Both the position numbers and the translations under genes were made by a program. Under the pieces are notes generated by a model. That model had not been told where the DNA came from and ran no database searches. It saw nothing but the letters and a program-made list of their open reading frames with translations. A stretch of 64,000 nt of DNA from positions 298 to 64,297 of the forward strand of contig JAURGP010000005.1 of assembly GCA_030833725.1 (NCBI GenBank). The letters run 5' to 3'. The stretch comes from Candidatus Kapaibacterium sp. (GTDB taxonomy: Bacteria > Bacteroidota > Ignavibacteria > Kapaibacteriales > Kapaibacteriaceae). Of this stretch, positions 1-9,471 are shown piece after piece; position 1 is the stretch's first letter; the number at the start of each line of letters is the position of its first letter.

Positions 1-19
1 CACCAGACCGAAATCGGAG

Positions 20-27
20 TACATTTG
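20..27 (+). promoter_or_regulatory. Bacteroidota-type -7 promoter box (TACATTTG)
   Basis: Exact TAnnTTTG match in non-coding DNA about 215 nt upstream of the ATG at 242. Confidence 0.45.
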
Positions 28-179
28 TGGTCGGTCACAGGAGAGCGGTATACGTTGTGTGATAAATTGTCGTTGCAAAAGGGGACAACACAGTGTAATT
101 TCTCCACTTGTGAAGCTGGTAGCGGAATGTATCAGCTGTGGATCGGGTACGTAGGCGGGGAGACGATGATTCCCATCGT

Positions 180-229
180 GTTGGTCAAATAGCGTTGGTC
201 AAATAGTGTTGGTCACAGTCTTGGTCACT
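180..229. repeat. Degenerate tandem repeat, core TTGGTCA x4 (13-14 nt period)
   Basis: GTTGGTCAAATAGC GTTGGTCAAATAGT GTTGGTCACAGTC TTGGTCACT read directly. Confidence 0.85.
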
Positions 230-241
230 TGGGGTGCGTGT

Positions 242-1060
242 ATGAGGAGATTGTTCATCGCCGTGTTTCTGCTCACGACGGTAGCGGGTGGGGAGCTACT
301 TTCACAGCAGGTAGGTCAGGAATTGGCCAACCCGCTTGTACCAGCACAACGGCGGCCCCGCGTCTACGTTGGTCCGGTTGTGGGATACAACCGTGCTCTG
401 CACTCTTCCGGCTTCCAGTCGGTAGCTGGTGACGTGCTGTGTCCAACCTTTGAGACGGGATCGGGCAATGGATTCTATGCAGGTGGCTCGTTTGAGTACC
501 TGCTGGGAAGTCCAACGGCCTCTCGGTCTTCGATCATCGTCAAGGCCCTGTACGACTACATGCCGGCCTACTATGAGGTGCCGGGCGACCAGCTTCCCTC
601 GCTGGGTCCTGACGGCTCTGTGGTAAACTCCACGGTGCGACACGTATCGGAGATCAAGTACACTACGGTGTCACTTGAGGGCCTCTACAAACTCAATCTA
701 TTCGACTCCTACTTTGGTGTCGTTGTCGGCCCTACTGTTGGCTTGGTTCTGAGTGCCGACCGTGAGCAGCGAATGGAGCTCGTTGAGCCGCTCAATGCCG
801 TTTTCGATCCAGCATTGGTTGGTCCAGACGTAGAATACATCAACAACGGTCGAGCCATCATCACCAACCGTGATGATCTGCCGGAGAAGAACGGTATTCG
901 TGTCGGTATCAAGGCTGGTATCCAGTACGAACTGCCGATCGGACGCCTTTTGTTTGTGCCGCACATGTTCTACAACTACGGTATCACCGAGGTGAGCCCT
1001 ACGGACAACCTGCGCATCAATGCCTTGCAGATGGGCGTGGATCTCCGGTTCGCTCTGTAA
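242..1060 (+). CDS. Outer-membrane beta-barrel protein (porin/PorT-like fold), exported
   Basis: Signal peptide MRRLFIAVFLL..., alternating amphipathic strands, C-terminal QMGVDLRF beta-signal; resembles the N-terminal domains of the two OmpA proteins in this window. Confidence 0.7.
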   Translation: MRRLFIAVFLLTTVAGGELLSQQVGQELANPLVPAQRRPRVYVGPVVGYNRALHSSGFQSVAGDVLCPTFETGSGNGFYAGGSFEYLLGSPTASRSSIIVKALYDYMPAYYEVPGDQLPSLGPDGSVVNSTVRHVSEIKYTTVSLEGLYKLNLFDSYFGVVVGPTVGLVLSADREQRMELVEPLNAVFDPALVGPDVEYINNGRAIITNRDDLPEKNGIRVGIKAGIQYELPIGRLLFVPHMFYNYGITEVSPTDNLRINALQMGVDLRFAL

Positions 1061-1090
1061 GCGTGGTAGCCCAAATTTGACGACAACCGT

Positions 1091-1120
1091 GATGCCCGCC
1101 TCTGGTGGGCATCGTCATTT
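1091..1120 (+). terminator. Stem-loop after the barrel gene (possible terminator or RNA stabiliser)
   Basis: GATGCCCGCC-TCT-GGTGGGCATC, a 10-bp stem with one G-U pair; U-tract is weak. Confidence 0.35.
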
Positions 1121-1160
1121 ACAGCGTCTTTCAACGAGTTTCTGGATCACCGAGAAACGT

Positions 1161-1664
1161 ATGGAACGAATCTGGTCGCCCTGGAGATCGCAGTACATCG
1201 AGGCTCAACCGACTGCTACCGAGGAGTGTTTCCTCTGTGTTGCAGGGCGGTGTACGTCGGCGAGCGTCAAGGAGCTCGTCGTGGCCACGTTCGAACATTG
1301 GGTGGTACTGCTGAACCGCTACCCCTACAACGCCGGCCATGTCCTGATTGCACCACGTGCGCACGTTGCGGTGCTGTCAGACCTGGCGGTGGGTGCTTCG
1401 GCGTCGTTTCACGAGGTGCTGCAGCAGACTGTTGAGATCGTTACCGAGGTCCTTCATCCTGATGGGGTCAACATTGGACTAAACCTTGGAGCCGCTGCCG
1501 GAGCAGGGGTGCCAGGCCACCTACACTGGCACGTGGTGCCGCGGTGGCGCGGCGATGCCAATTTCATGGCAACCACGGCAGATACCCGTGTGATCTCCAG
1601 CGCCATAGAGGATCAGTGGTTGAGAATGTCGAAGGCATACGATGACCAATTCGATGACCAATAG
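1161..1664 (+). CDS. HIT family nucleotide hydrolase (Ap4A phosphorylase-like)
   Basis: MERIWSPWR start, CxxC, LNRYPYNAGH, histidine triad HLHWHVVPRW. Confidence 0.92.
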   Translation: MERIWSPWRSQYIEAQPTATEECFLCVAGRCTSASVKELVVATFEHWVVLLNRYPYNAGHVLIAPRAHVAVLSDLAVGASASFHEVLQQTVEIVTEVLHPDGVNIGLNLGAAAGAGVPGHLHWHVVPRWRGDANFMATTADTRVISSAIEDQWLRMSKAYDDQFDDQ

Positions 1665-2484
1665 AATTGCCCCACAGAAGCGGTTCAGCCAGAACTTTCT
1701 GACCGATAACCGCACCGCTGCAAAGATTGCTGCCGTACTCGAAGCGTCGACCGACGACCTTGTGCTGGAGATTGGACCGGGAACGGGTGCCCTGACGAAA
1801 CACCTCGTTGCCCTGCCGTCGAGGAGAATCGTGGCCGTGGACCTCGATCCTCGTGCCGTAGAGGCCATTTCTGGGATGGTGCAGCAAAGCGGCGGTAGAC
1901 TCTCTGTGCAGCTCGGGGATGTCCTGAAGGTGAGTCTCGACGACATGTTTGCCGATGTCCCAACGACGAACAGACGTGTGATCGGCAACATCCCCTATGC
2001 GATCACTTCCGAAATCCTCTTCTGGCTGTTTGAAGCTCGAACGTCCATGGCACGAGCGGTCATCATGATGCAGAAGGAAGTTGCCCTCCGCTGCGTGGCC
2101 AAACCCGGAACGAAGGACTATGGTGTACTGACGGTTGCCGCGTGGTATGCCACGACGCCCAAGCTGATGTTTACCGTACAACCTGGCTCGTTCTTTCCCC
2201 GACCATCGGTGACCTCGGCCGTCGTGCGTTTTGACATGCGCACAGAGGTTCCCCCGGTGCCATTCGCCCCCTTCATGAGCTTTGTGCGCGCTGCATTTTC
2301 TCAGCGACGCAAGGTCATGGCCAACGCGTTGGCCTCATGGGCCAATCAGCAGGGGATCGCACTGCGGACCGTGACCCTACCAGAGCATCTCTCCGTGACG
2401 ACGCTGCGTGCTGAGGCGTTGTCGCCCGACCAGCTTGTTGAATTGTACCTGAACCTTACGAAGCCAGAGAACCAGCCTGCATGA
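1642..2484 (+). CDS. rsmA: 16S rRNA m6,2A1518/1519 dimethyltransferase (alternative start 1654)
   Basis: KRFSQNFL, LEIGPGTGALT, GNIPYAITS, MMQKEVA, SFFPRPSVTSAV, FSQRRK, RAEALS. Confidence 0.96.
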   Translation: MTNSMTNRIAPQKRFSQNFLTDNRTAAKIAAVLEASTDDLVLEIGPGTGALTKHLVALPSRRIVAVDLDPRAVEAISGMVQQSGGRLSVQLGDVLKVSLDDMFADVPTTNRRVIGNIPYAITSEILFWLFEARTSMARAVIMMQKEVALRCVAKPGTKDYGVLTVAAWYATTPKLMFTVQPGSFFPRPSVTSAVVRFDMRTEVPPVPFAPFMSFVRAAFSQRRKVMANALASWANQQGIALRTVTLPEHLSVTTLRAEALSPDQLVELYLNLTKPENQPA

Positions 2485-3443
2485 CCTCGCACGACCACAA
2501 TACGCTCCAGGGGCTGCTACAAAGAGGGGTAGCCCATATCCAGGCCTATGATGTGTACACGATCATCATGCTGGTGCTCTTTACGGCTCTTGCCCTAGCC
2601 TATTATCCCTACATTCCTGTTGCCTCAAGTAAACTGGTACTGAATGCCTTCCTTGCTGGCAGTGTCGGAGCGCTGATCCTGCTGCATGCACTCACGACCG
2701 TGCCGCTGTTTGCCGTCTTGCGTCGGTTCTATGTGATTCCGATGATCTACCTGATGTACGATCAGGTTCACACCTACGTTCAATTGGTGCACCCAGTAGA
2801 TTACGACGCCCAGCTTATTGCTGCTGATCGGTGGCTGTTCGGGTGCGATCCAACAGTGTGGATGGGGCAGTGGTCCAGTCCTGCCCTTACCGAGTACCTG
2901 CAGCTGTGCTATTTCCTCTTCTACCTGCTGCCCATCATGCAGGCTGTGGAGTTGTGGCGGAAGGGGGCTTGGGACGACTTAGACGTGTTTGCCCGCGGAA
3001 TGACCTTCTGCTACTTCATTTCGTATCTGGCCTACTTTGCCATGCCGGCGATTGGTCCTCGGTTCACACTGCACGACTTCAACGCTACCAATGTGGAACT
3101 GCCCGGGCTATGGCTCACACCGTGGTTGCGCGACATTGTGAACATCGGCGGGGGAGTAGCGCTTGGTGTGACCGATCCGGCATCGGTGGTCAATCGCGAC
3201 TGCATGCCCAGTGGTCATACGATGATGACCTTGGTCAACATCCTGTTAGGCTTCCGATTTCGCTCGCGATTCCGGTGGATCTTCGTGGTGATTGGAGGCA
3301 GTCTGATCCTGTCGACCGTGTACCTGCGGTATCACTACGCTGTAGATCTTTTGGTAGGTGCGTTGCTTGCCGTAGCCACCTTACCACTCGAACCGATCGT
3401 AGCGACCTGGATGAATCGCATTCGTCTACACCTTCGAGCGTGA
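2481..3443 (+). CDS. Membrane PAP2-family phosphatase/phosphotransferase (AUR1/IPC-synthase-like)
   Basis: Multiple TM helices, PAIGPR, DCMPSGH, STVYLRYHYAVD; ATGA-coupled to rsmA. Confidence 0.85.
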   Translation: MTSHDHNTLQGLLQRGVAHIQAYDVYTIIMLVLFTALALAYYPYIPVASSKLVLNAFLAGSVGALILLHALTTVPLFAVLRRFYVIPMIYLMYDQVHTYVQLVHPVDYDAQLIAADRWLFGCDPTVWMGQWSSPALTEYLQLCYFLFYLLPIMQAVELWRKGAWDDLDVFARGMTFCYFISYLAYFAMPAIGPRFTLHDFNATNVELPGLWLTPWLRDIVNIGGGVALGVTDPASVVNRDCMPSGHTMMTLVNILLGFRFRSRFRWIFVVIGGSLILSTVYLRYHYAVDLLVGALLAVATLPLEPIVATWMNRIRLHLRA

Positions 3444-3454
3444 TGTTCGTGGGG

Positions 3455-3485
3455 AAAAGTGTGACATGACCCTGACACTTTTTTT
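3455..3485 (+). promoter_or_regulatory. Inverted repeat AAAAGTGT-N12-ACACTTTT (weak terminator or operator)
   Basis: 8-bp perfect inverted repeat running into a T-tract between the PAP2 gene and the large T9SS gene. Confidence 0.35.
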
Positions 3486-3613
3486 GTTGCACCGAAGGTA
3501 AAATCTCTTATTTTCCACTCGTGGAGCGGTGTGATCCGCCCATGCAGGTTCGCGAAAAGTTCTCTGATTACAACTACTTTTTCGTTTTGACCTTATCAAC
3601 CAGGAGTCAATCG

Positions 3614-6600
3614 ATGCACTTTGCACCTCGATTACTACGGACAATTCTGATGCTGCTCGTAGCAGTGGCAGGGTACTCCGGCCAAGCAGTGGCACAAGAC
3701 GTTGTGTCCACGTCAGGCACCATGGGACTCATGGAGGGACGGCACTACATGGTGGCCTTCCCCCAAGTCTGGGCAAGTACTTCGGAAGTACCTACGCCCA
3801 AGCCCATGCTGCTCTTTATCTCATCGCGGTCTCGCGCCACGGTGACGATCACTACGCCAGCACCGAGCAACGATGCTATCAAGCTGAGCCGCACCATCAC
3901 TCTGCAACCTGATGAGGTCTTCCAGTTCGAAGTTCCCATCCCGTTGATGAATACCGAGTCGGAAGTCAAGAGCGGCTATGGCATTGCCGTGACAGGCGAC
4001 AAGCCGATCTCCGTTTCCACGTATCAGGCGTGGATGGGTAATGGTGAGTTGGCACGCCACCTCCCGGTAGAATCGTGGGGTAGGAACTACTACTCGATGA
4101 ACTTCTACCAGGATCGCTACGGACAGAATGGCAACTACAAGTACCGTCCAGGCCAGATCCTCGTGATTGCCGCTCGCGATAACACGGTGGTGACCTACAC
4201 GCCAACAGTAGATACTGAGGGTGGACGCGATCAGCCATCTGTCCGCAAGGGACAAACGGGAACCGTAACCCTGAATAAGGGCGAGACCTTCCTGATCAAG
4301 GCGAAGATCGATGAAGCATACAACAAGGAGTACGTGACGGATCTCTCCGGTACGTGGATCCGCGCCAGTCGTCCGGTTGGTGTGGTCTCGGGCCACACCA
4401 AGGTAGCCATCATGCGCTACCCTGACGTCCTGCCTCCTACAGGTATGTTTGCTACGGAAGCCCACTTCGTGCGGAACAACGTTCATGATGCCATGCTGCC
4501 ATTCGAAATGGCCGGCACGGAGTTCGTGACGATCCCAGTGATGTACGGCCCACTGCGTATCACGGGCAAGGCTGCTCAGGACGCCGGTATTGAAGACGAC
4601 CGAGGAGACGTGATCCGCTTTATCGCTCTCGAAGACGGCACGCAGATCGAAGCTCTCCGTGAGGATGGCTCCGACTACAAGACGATTATGAAGATCGATC
4701 GCGGTGGTACATGGTTGGAAACCTCGGTTCAGGTTCCAACCAAGTGGCGGTCCAACAAGCCAATGCTCGTAGGTCACTATGGAAAGGCCTACGCCAAGGT
4801 GATTCCACCAGCTGCCTCCAAGGACGGCGACGCTACGCAAGGTCACCCAACGGTAGAATCGGGCATGCCGATGCTGCAGTATGTTCCTTCCACCGATCGG
4901 TGGGTGAGCTACGCAGTGTTCCATGCACCAGACGGTATGGACAACTTCTTCAACATCGTCTTCCGCCCCGAAGAAGTAGGAAAGATCAAATTCAATGGCG
5001 CCTCGCTGAACGGTCGTTTCGGTGGCGCAATGCGTGAACTGAAGGGAACACCATACTGGTACATCCGTCATCCAATCGGCAAGGGCGACTACGTCATTGA
5101 ATCCGAAACGGAAGACGTGCGCTGGATGGCGTGGTCGTACGGCTCCCTGGACGGCTTGAACATGGGTCGTGCCTACGGCACGCCAGTAGCTGTTGATGTG
5201 GCCATCGAGTGCGACGACTCCGTTGCCGTAACCGAGGAAATCCTCTGCGGTGACGTCAAGGGAGAAGGAAAGATTCTCCCAGAAGGATCTGAGTGTGGAT
5301 CGATCTACATGATCTACGCCGAGAGCCTGAGCAACTACGAGCTGGTTGTTGACGAGAACTTCGAAAGTGGCATGCAAAAGGCCAAGTTCCAGGTGAACGT
5401 CCTGGACAAGCGTCAGCCAGGTAAGGCCGTTGTGCGTGTTGTCTCGCGGTCGGGCAAGTACGTCGAAAAGACCTACGAGTACACCCCAGACAAGATCGAT
5501 TGGAGTCCAAAGAGCATCGACTTCGGTGCCATTCCAATTGGTTCACCATCGTGCAAGACCATTACCTTCACCAACCTCCGCACCGATGCTCCGGTAACGG
5601 TCAAGGATGTTCGTGTGAAGTACTATCCAGGTACGTTCCGCTTCAACCCAGCGTCGTTTACCATCGACCCAGGTCAGAGTGTCAACGTGGAAGTGTGTGC
5701 AACAACCAACGACACGCGTGAGCTTGTCGACACGGTAATTGCGCAACTTGAGTGCTTCGATGAAATCACGACGGAACTTCGTGTTCGTAGCCAGGCTCCG
5801 CTCATCTACGTTGGTGACCAAACCTGGATTAACATCCCAGCAACTTCGCCGGGTGTTGAGCGCCCAGTAGAAATTATCAATGCTAGCGATGTGAACCTGA
5901 CCATCACCGGATACGACAAGACGCTCCTTGATGGTTCGGGCAACTTCTTCAACCCACGGAACCTGGATGAAGTTCTGCCACTAACCATTGCTGGTGGCGG
6001 TCGTCACACCTTCTACGTTACCTACAGTCCACGTGGCGAAGCTGGTGTCGCTCACCAGGTGAATGTTCCATTCTACTCCAATGCGAAGAAGGAAGACTCT
6101 ATTGCCGTCCTCAAGGGTAACGGTGTCGAGATCGACCTCTACGCAGCGGCTCTGCCATGGAACGTCCGCGTCCTCGACAACATCCAGACTGCCCAGGGTG
6201 TAACTTCCTATGGTCAGACGGTGGAGTTCCAAAACACTGGCGATCTGCCAGTAGAGTTCTCTACTCCAGAGATTCGCGGTGCTGATGCTGCTTCCTTCCG
6301 GATCGTAGACTTCGGCAACACCGGTGGCTTCCCAATTACGCTGGTGGGTGGTACGCGTCCAAGCGCCACCATCAACATCGAGTTTGTACCAACGGAACTG
6401 GCCAATCGTGGTGGTGAGCGCAACGACTACACCGCCGAGCTGGTCTTCCCAACCAACTCCGATGCTCAACGCGAAATTGTTGTTGAACTGAAGGGAACGG
6501 CGTGGCAACCACAGGTAAAAGGTGCCGATCAAGACTACGGTATTTTCAACCTTGGTGCAGCAACGTCGACGCTTGACATTCCGGTGTCGAACACGCACTT

Positions 6601-8128
6601 CCAGGATGTAACCAATCCAACCACGGGAGATGCACAGGGTACGCACGAAGTTGTGATCACCGGTATCAACATTGTTGGTGCTGCTAACAACTTCAAGATC
6701 AACAACGGTCCTACACCGGCATCGCCATGGCGCTTGGCTGGTGGCGAGGAGCGTATGCTGAGCGTCACGTTCGATCCTCGTGAATCGGGCATGTTCTCGG
6801 CACAGTATGAGATCATCACGCAGCCTGAGAATCTGACAACCGGTGCAGCGCCATACACACCTGTATACACGCTCACGGCAGAAGTGATTGGCGGCGAGTT
6901 CAACGTTCGCGATGCCTATGCGCGCCAGTACGTCCTCAACACCACCGAAATGGTGGTTGAAGTGCGTCACTCGGAAGCACAGCCACGGACGTACGACGTG
7001 AGCTTCCCGAAAGGTGCAGACGCGTCTCGCTTCACAGTTATCGAGCCAGCTTCTGGTGTGTTGACGGTTGCTCCTGGACAGACTGGTGTCATTCGAATCC
7101 AGTTTGGACCGGACTTTGTCACACTGCTTCAGAACGGTCAAAACCGAGATATCATCGACTCGAAGGGTGGCGGTTCGGGTATCAAGTGGCGTGATACGCC
7201 AGCAGGCCAGCCAGGCTTTGTGGCTACGATCGACATCACCGATCAAGTAAATGGTGAAACCAAGACGGCTTCCATCACTGGTGATGGTCTGTTCCTGGAG
7301 ACCACCAACTTCGTTGGTCAGTTTGTAGATGGCGCCAAGAAAACGGGTTACACCGTCAAGCCAGGCGAAGCCGTCCAAGTTGCCGTAAGCCTTGAGGCCG
7401 TCCCAGAATCACTTGATCCGGTGAAACTCACCGAAATGCGTGTACGTCTGTCGTGGGATCCAAAGCTGGTACAGCCACGGACCAACCCAGCGGACTTTAT
7501 ACTGGATGGTATGCTGGCCGAAGGTTGGACTGTCGTCAACGTAGCGACCTTCCCAGAAGGATCGCGCATGCCGAACTCGATGGAGATCGACATTGCCGAC
7601 CTGCGCGCTACGAAGACGCCACTGGTGAACGACCGCACGAAGCCGTTCTTTGCCGTCATCTTTGATGCCTACCTCGGCATCGGTGCCGATCCGGTGAACG
7701 TTACGCGGACTCCAGTGAACGTGTATTCCTACACCGTGGACTTTGATGGTTCCAATGGTCCAGGAGTGACACAGTCGTACGCACTGTTCAACGACGAACC
7801 TGGCTCCATCACCGTCGACTTCGGCTGTGCTGGTGAACTACGTCTGGTACAGCTCTCATCGACAACGTTCGGCGTGAAGCCGGTCAGCCCGAACCCTGTA
7901 TCGAGCACGGCAACGATTAACTACTCGATTGGTCTGAATGGCCACACGAGCATCGTTCTGTACAACTATGCTGGCGAGCGTATCATGGACATCCTTGATG
8001 CCAACCAAGCTAGCGGTACGTATGAGATCGCTCTTGATGTGTCCACACTGCCAGCGGGCACGTACTACTACCGCGTAGTATCCGGTCCGTTCATGAGCGA
8101 GCCACAGTCGATGACGATCGTTCGCTAA
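3614..8128 (+). CDS. Large T9SS-secreted surface protein: IgGFc-binding-like N-terminal domain, several Ig-like (ASH/choice-of-anchor D-like) repeats, cohesin-like domain, T9SS type A CTD
   Basis: Signal peptide; LPVESWGRNYY, VIAARDNTVVT, DLSGTWIRASRPVGVVSGH (IgGFc-binding-like); IDFGAIPIG...TITFTN Ig repeats; C-terminal SPNPVS...YNYAGE...LPAGTYYYRV. Confidence 0.85.
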   Translation: MHFAPRLLRTILMLLVAVAGYSGQAVAQDVVSTSGTMGLMEGRHYMVAFPQVWASTSEVPTPKPMLLFISSRSRATVTITTPAPSNDAIKLSRTITLQPDEVFQFEVPIPLMNTESEVKSGYGIAVTGDKPISVSTYQAWMGNGELARHLPVESWGRNYYSMNFYQDRYGQNGNYKYRPGQILVIAARDNTVVTYTPTVDTEGGRDQPSVRKGQTGTVTLNKGETFLIKAKIDEAYNKEYVTDLSGTWIRASRPVGVVSGHTKVAIMRYPDVLPPTGMFATEAHFVRNNVHDAMLPFEMAGTEFVTIPVMYGPLRITGKAAQDAGIEDDRGDVIRFIALEDGTQIEALREDGSDYKTIMKIDRGGTWLETSVQVPTKWRSNKPMLVGHYGKAYAKVIPPAASKDGDATQGHPTVESGMPMLQYVPSTDRWVSYAVFHAPDGMDNFFNIVFRPEEVGKIKFNGASLNGRFGGAMRELKGTPYWYIRHPIGKGDYVIESETEDVRWMAWSYGSLDGLNMGRAYGTPVAVDVAIECDDSVAVTEEILCGDVKGEGKILPEGSECGSIYMIYAESLSNYELVVDENFESGMQKAKFQVNVLDKRQPGKAVVRVVSRSGKYVEKTYEYTPDKIDWSPKSIDFGAIPIGSPSCKTITFTNLRTDAPVTVKDVRVKYYPGTFRFNPASFTIDPGQSVNVEVCATTNDTRELVDTVIAQLECFDEITTELRVRSQAPLIYVGDQTWINIPATSPGVERPVEIINASDVNLTITGYDKTLLDGSGNFFNPRNLDEVLPLTIAGGGRHTFYVTYSPRGEAGVAHQVNVPFYSNAKKEDSIAVLKGNGVEIDLYAAALPWNVRVLDNIQTAQGVTSYGQTVEFQNTGDLPVEFSTPEIRGADAASFRIVDFGNTGGFPITLVGGTRPSATINIEFVPTELANRGGERNDYTAELVFPTNSDAQREIVVELKGTAWQPQVKGADQDYGIFNLGAATSTLDIPVSNTHFQDVTNPTTGDAQGTHEVVITGINIVGAANNFKINNGPTPASPWRLAGGEERMLSVTFDPRESGMFSAQYEIITQPENLTTGAAPYTPVYTLTAEVIGGEFNVRDAYARQYVLNTTEMVVEVRHSEAQPRTYDVSFPKGADASRFTVIEPASGVLTVAPGQTGVIRIQFGPDFVTLLQNGQNRDIIDSKGGGSGIKWRDTPAGQPGFVATIDITDQVNGETKTASITGDGLFLETTNFVGQFVDGAKKTGYTVKPGEAVQVAVSLEAVPESLDPVKLTEMRVRLSWDPKLVQPRTNPADFILDGMLAEGWTVVNVATFPEGSRMPNSMEIDIADLRATKTPLVNDRTKPFFAVIFDAYLGIGADPVNVTRTPVNVYSYTVDFDGSNGPGVTQSYALFNDEPGSITVDFGCAGELRLVQLSSTTFGVKPVSPNPVSSTATINYSIGLNGHTSIVLYNYAGERIMDILDANQASGTYEIALDVSTLPAGTYYYRVVSGPFMSEPQSMTIVR

Positions 8129-8151
8129 TCTTCAACACATGCAACGTCAAC

Positions 8152-8188
8152 GCCCCCTTCTACTTGGTAGAAGGGGGCTTCTTTTTTT
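8152..8188 (+). terminator. Rho-independent terminator
   Basis: GCCCCCTTCTAC-TTG-GTAGAAGGGGGC, a perfect 12-bp stem followed by TTCTTTTTTT. Confidence 0.92.
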
Positions 8189-8206
8189 ATGGACCAGCGG
8201 TAGGGC

Positions 8207-9469
8207 CTATGAGAGGTACTTCAGGACGTGCACTGCAGCTGTTGCCGAGGCACCAAGGCGCTCTTCAAGCCAGGATGATCTTGTGTCCACACTACCCACA
8301 GCGAGTACAATCTGACTACGAAGCCAGTCCTGTGCCTCCTGGACCGAGGTGATCACCGCAAGAGAACCTGCCTGTTGCAGAGATTGTGCGTCCAGGGAAC
8401 GATGAATGTTCGGCCCACAGGCGATGGGCAGTCCAGCACAGGCAGGCTCGGTGGTGCTGTGAACCCCTGCGCCAAAGCCCCCTCCCACCCAGGCGGCTGT
8501 GCCCAGTGGGTAGAGGCCCACCAGCAGGCCGTAGGCATCAACCACGACGTTCCGAGACGGATCTGGCTGGTCGGTGCTGTATCGGAGCGCATCGAAGCGC
8601 AAACATGTCTGCACGATTTCGGATTCACGCAGTTGATGGGGAACAATCACGAGCCGTGGCTGTACAGGTAGTTCCTGCAGAGCCGAGGCGAGGAGGTCAA
8701 GATCGGCCGGCCACGCACTACCCACGATCACCGTGGGGTAATCCCGATGGGGGATCCATGCAGACAGATCTTGCGCGGGCGTCCGGTGGTGGAGGCGGTA
8801 GAGGACTTGATCGACACGGCTGTCAGGGACAACAGAGACGGGAACATGTGACGCGATCTGATGTAGCCGTTCTGCATGGTGCTCACTAATGGCCAGGATC
8901 TCGGTAAGCTGGCGATAAGTATCGGTTAGCCAGGCTCCAACAAGGAAATGGTGGGCCCTCGTAGGAGCTGTCGCGTTCACCAGCACCATGGGGACGCGAG
9001 CTTCGTGCAGAGCACGAATCATTGACCTCCACAGATCGTATCGGTTGATCACTACGGCCGTTGGTTGTAATGCTGCTACCAGACGTCGCATGGTTGGGAG
9101 GTGATCTACCGGAAGCAGGAGGGCATCGTCTAGGAGGGGGCTTTGGCGTGCGTGGTCGATGGCTGAAATCGACGTCACCGTAGCCACCACGGAGACCTCC
9201 GGTCGGCGCTCGCGGATCTCCCGAACGATTGGCAACAGTTGCTCCAGCTCCCCAACCGAGGCAGCGTGAATCCAACAGCGAGGGCCAGATGTCGCTGCTG
9301 GTACTGCAAGCCGATCACGGGTGTGCTGCTCCTCTCGACTCCACGCCTGCAACCGAGGTTGCACCGCTCTCACGGTCGTTGCCACTGCTGGCAGCACGGC
9401 GCGAAGGATGGGGATTGCCACTCCATCGTAGAGGGCATCAACCAGACGAACCGATCCGCTGGATCGCAC
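8207..9469 (-). CDS. waaA: 3-deoxy-D-manno-octulosonic acid (Kdo) transferase
   Basis: WIHAASVGE, LPVD, RYDLW, IVPH, VGGGFGAGVHSTTEPA, GPN. Confidence 0.9.
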   Translation of the reverse strand: MRSSGSVRLVDALYDGVAIPILRAVLPAVATTVRAVQPRLQAWSREEQHTRDRLAVPAATSGPRCWIHAASVGELEQLLPIVREIRERRPEVSVVATVTSISAIDHARQSPLLDDALLLPVDHLPTMRRLVAALQPTAVVINRYDLWRSMIRALHEARVPMVLVNATAPTRAHHFLVGAWLTDTYRQLTEILAISEHHAERLHQIASHVPVSVVPDSRVDQVLYRLHHRTPAQDLSAWIPHRDYPTVIVGSAWPADLDLLASALQELPVQPRLVIVPHQLRESEIVQTCLRFDALRYSTDQPDPSRNVVVDAYGLLVGLYPLGTAAWVGGGFGAGVHSTTEPACAGLPIACGPNIHRSLDAQSLQQAGSLAVITSVQEAQDWLRSQIVLAVGSVDTRSSWLEERLGASATAAVHVLKYLS

Positions 9470-9471
9470 GA

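Noticed and set aside
3821-7378. Long antisense ORFs (518 aa at 3821..5377, 465 aa at 5981..7378)
   Set aside because: They shadow the T9SS gene on the opposite strand, have no recognisable motifs, and are explained by codon bias of the sense gene.
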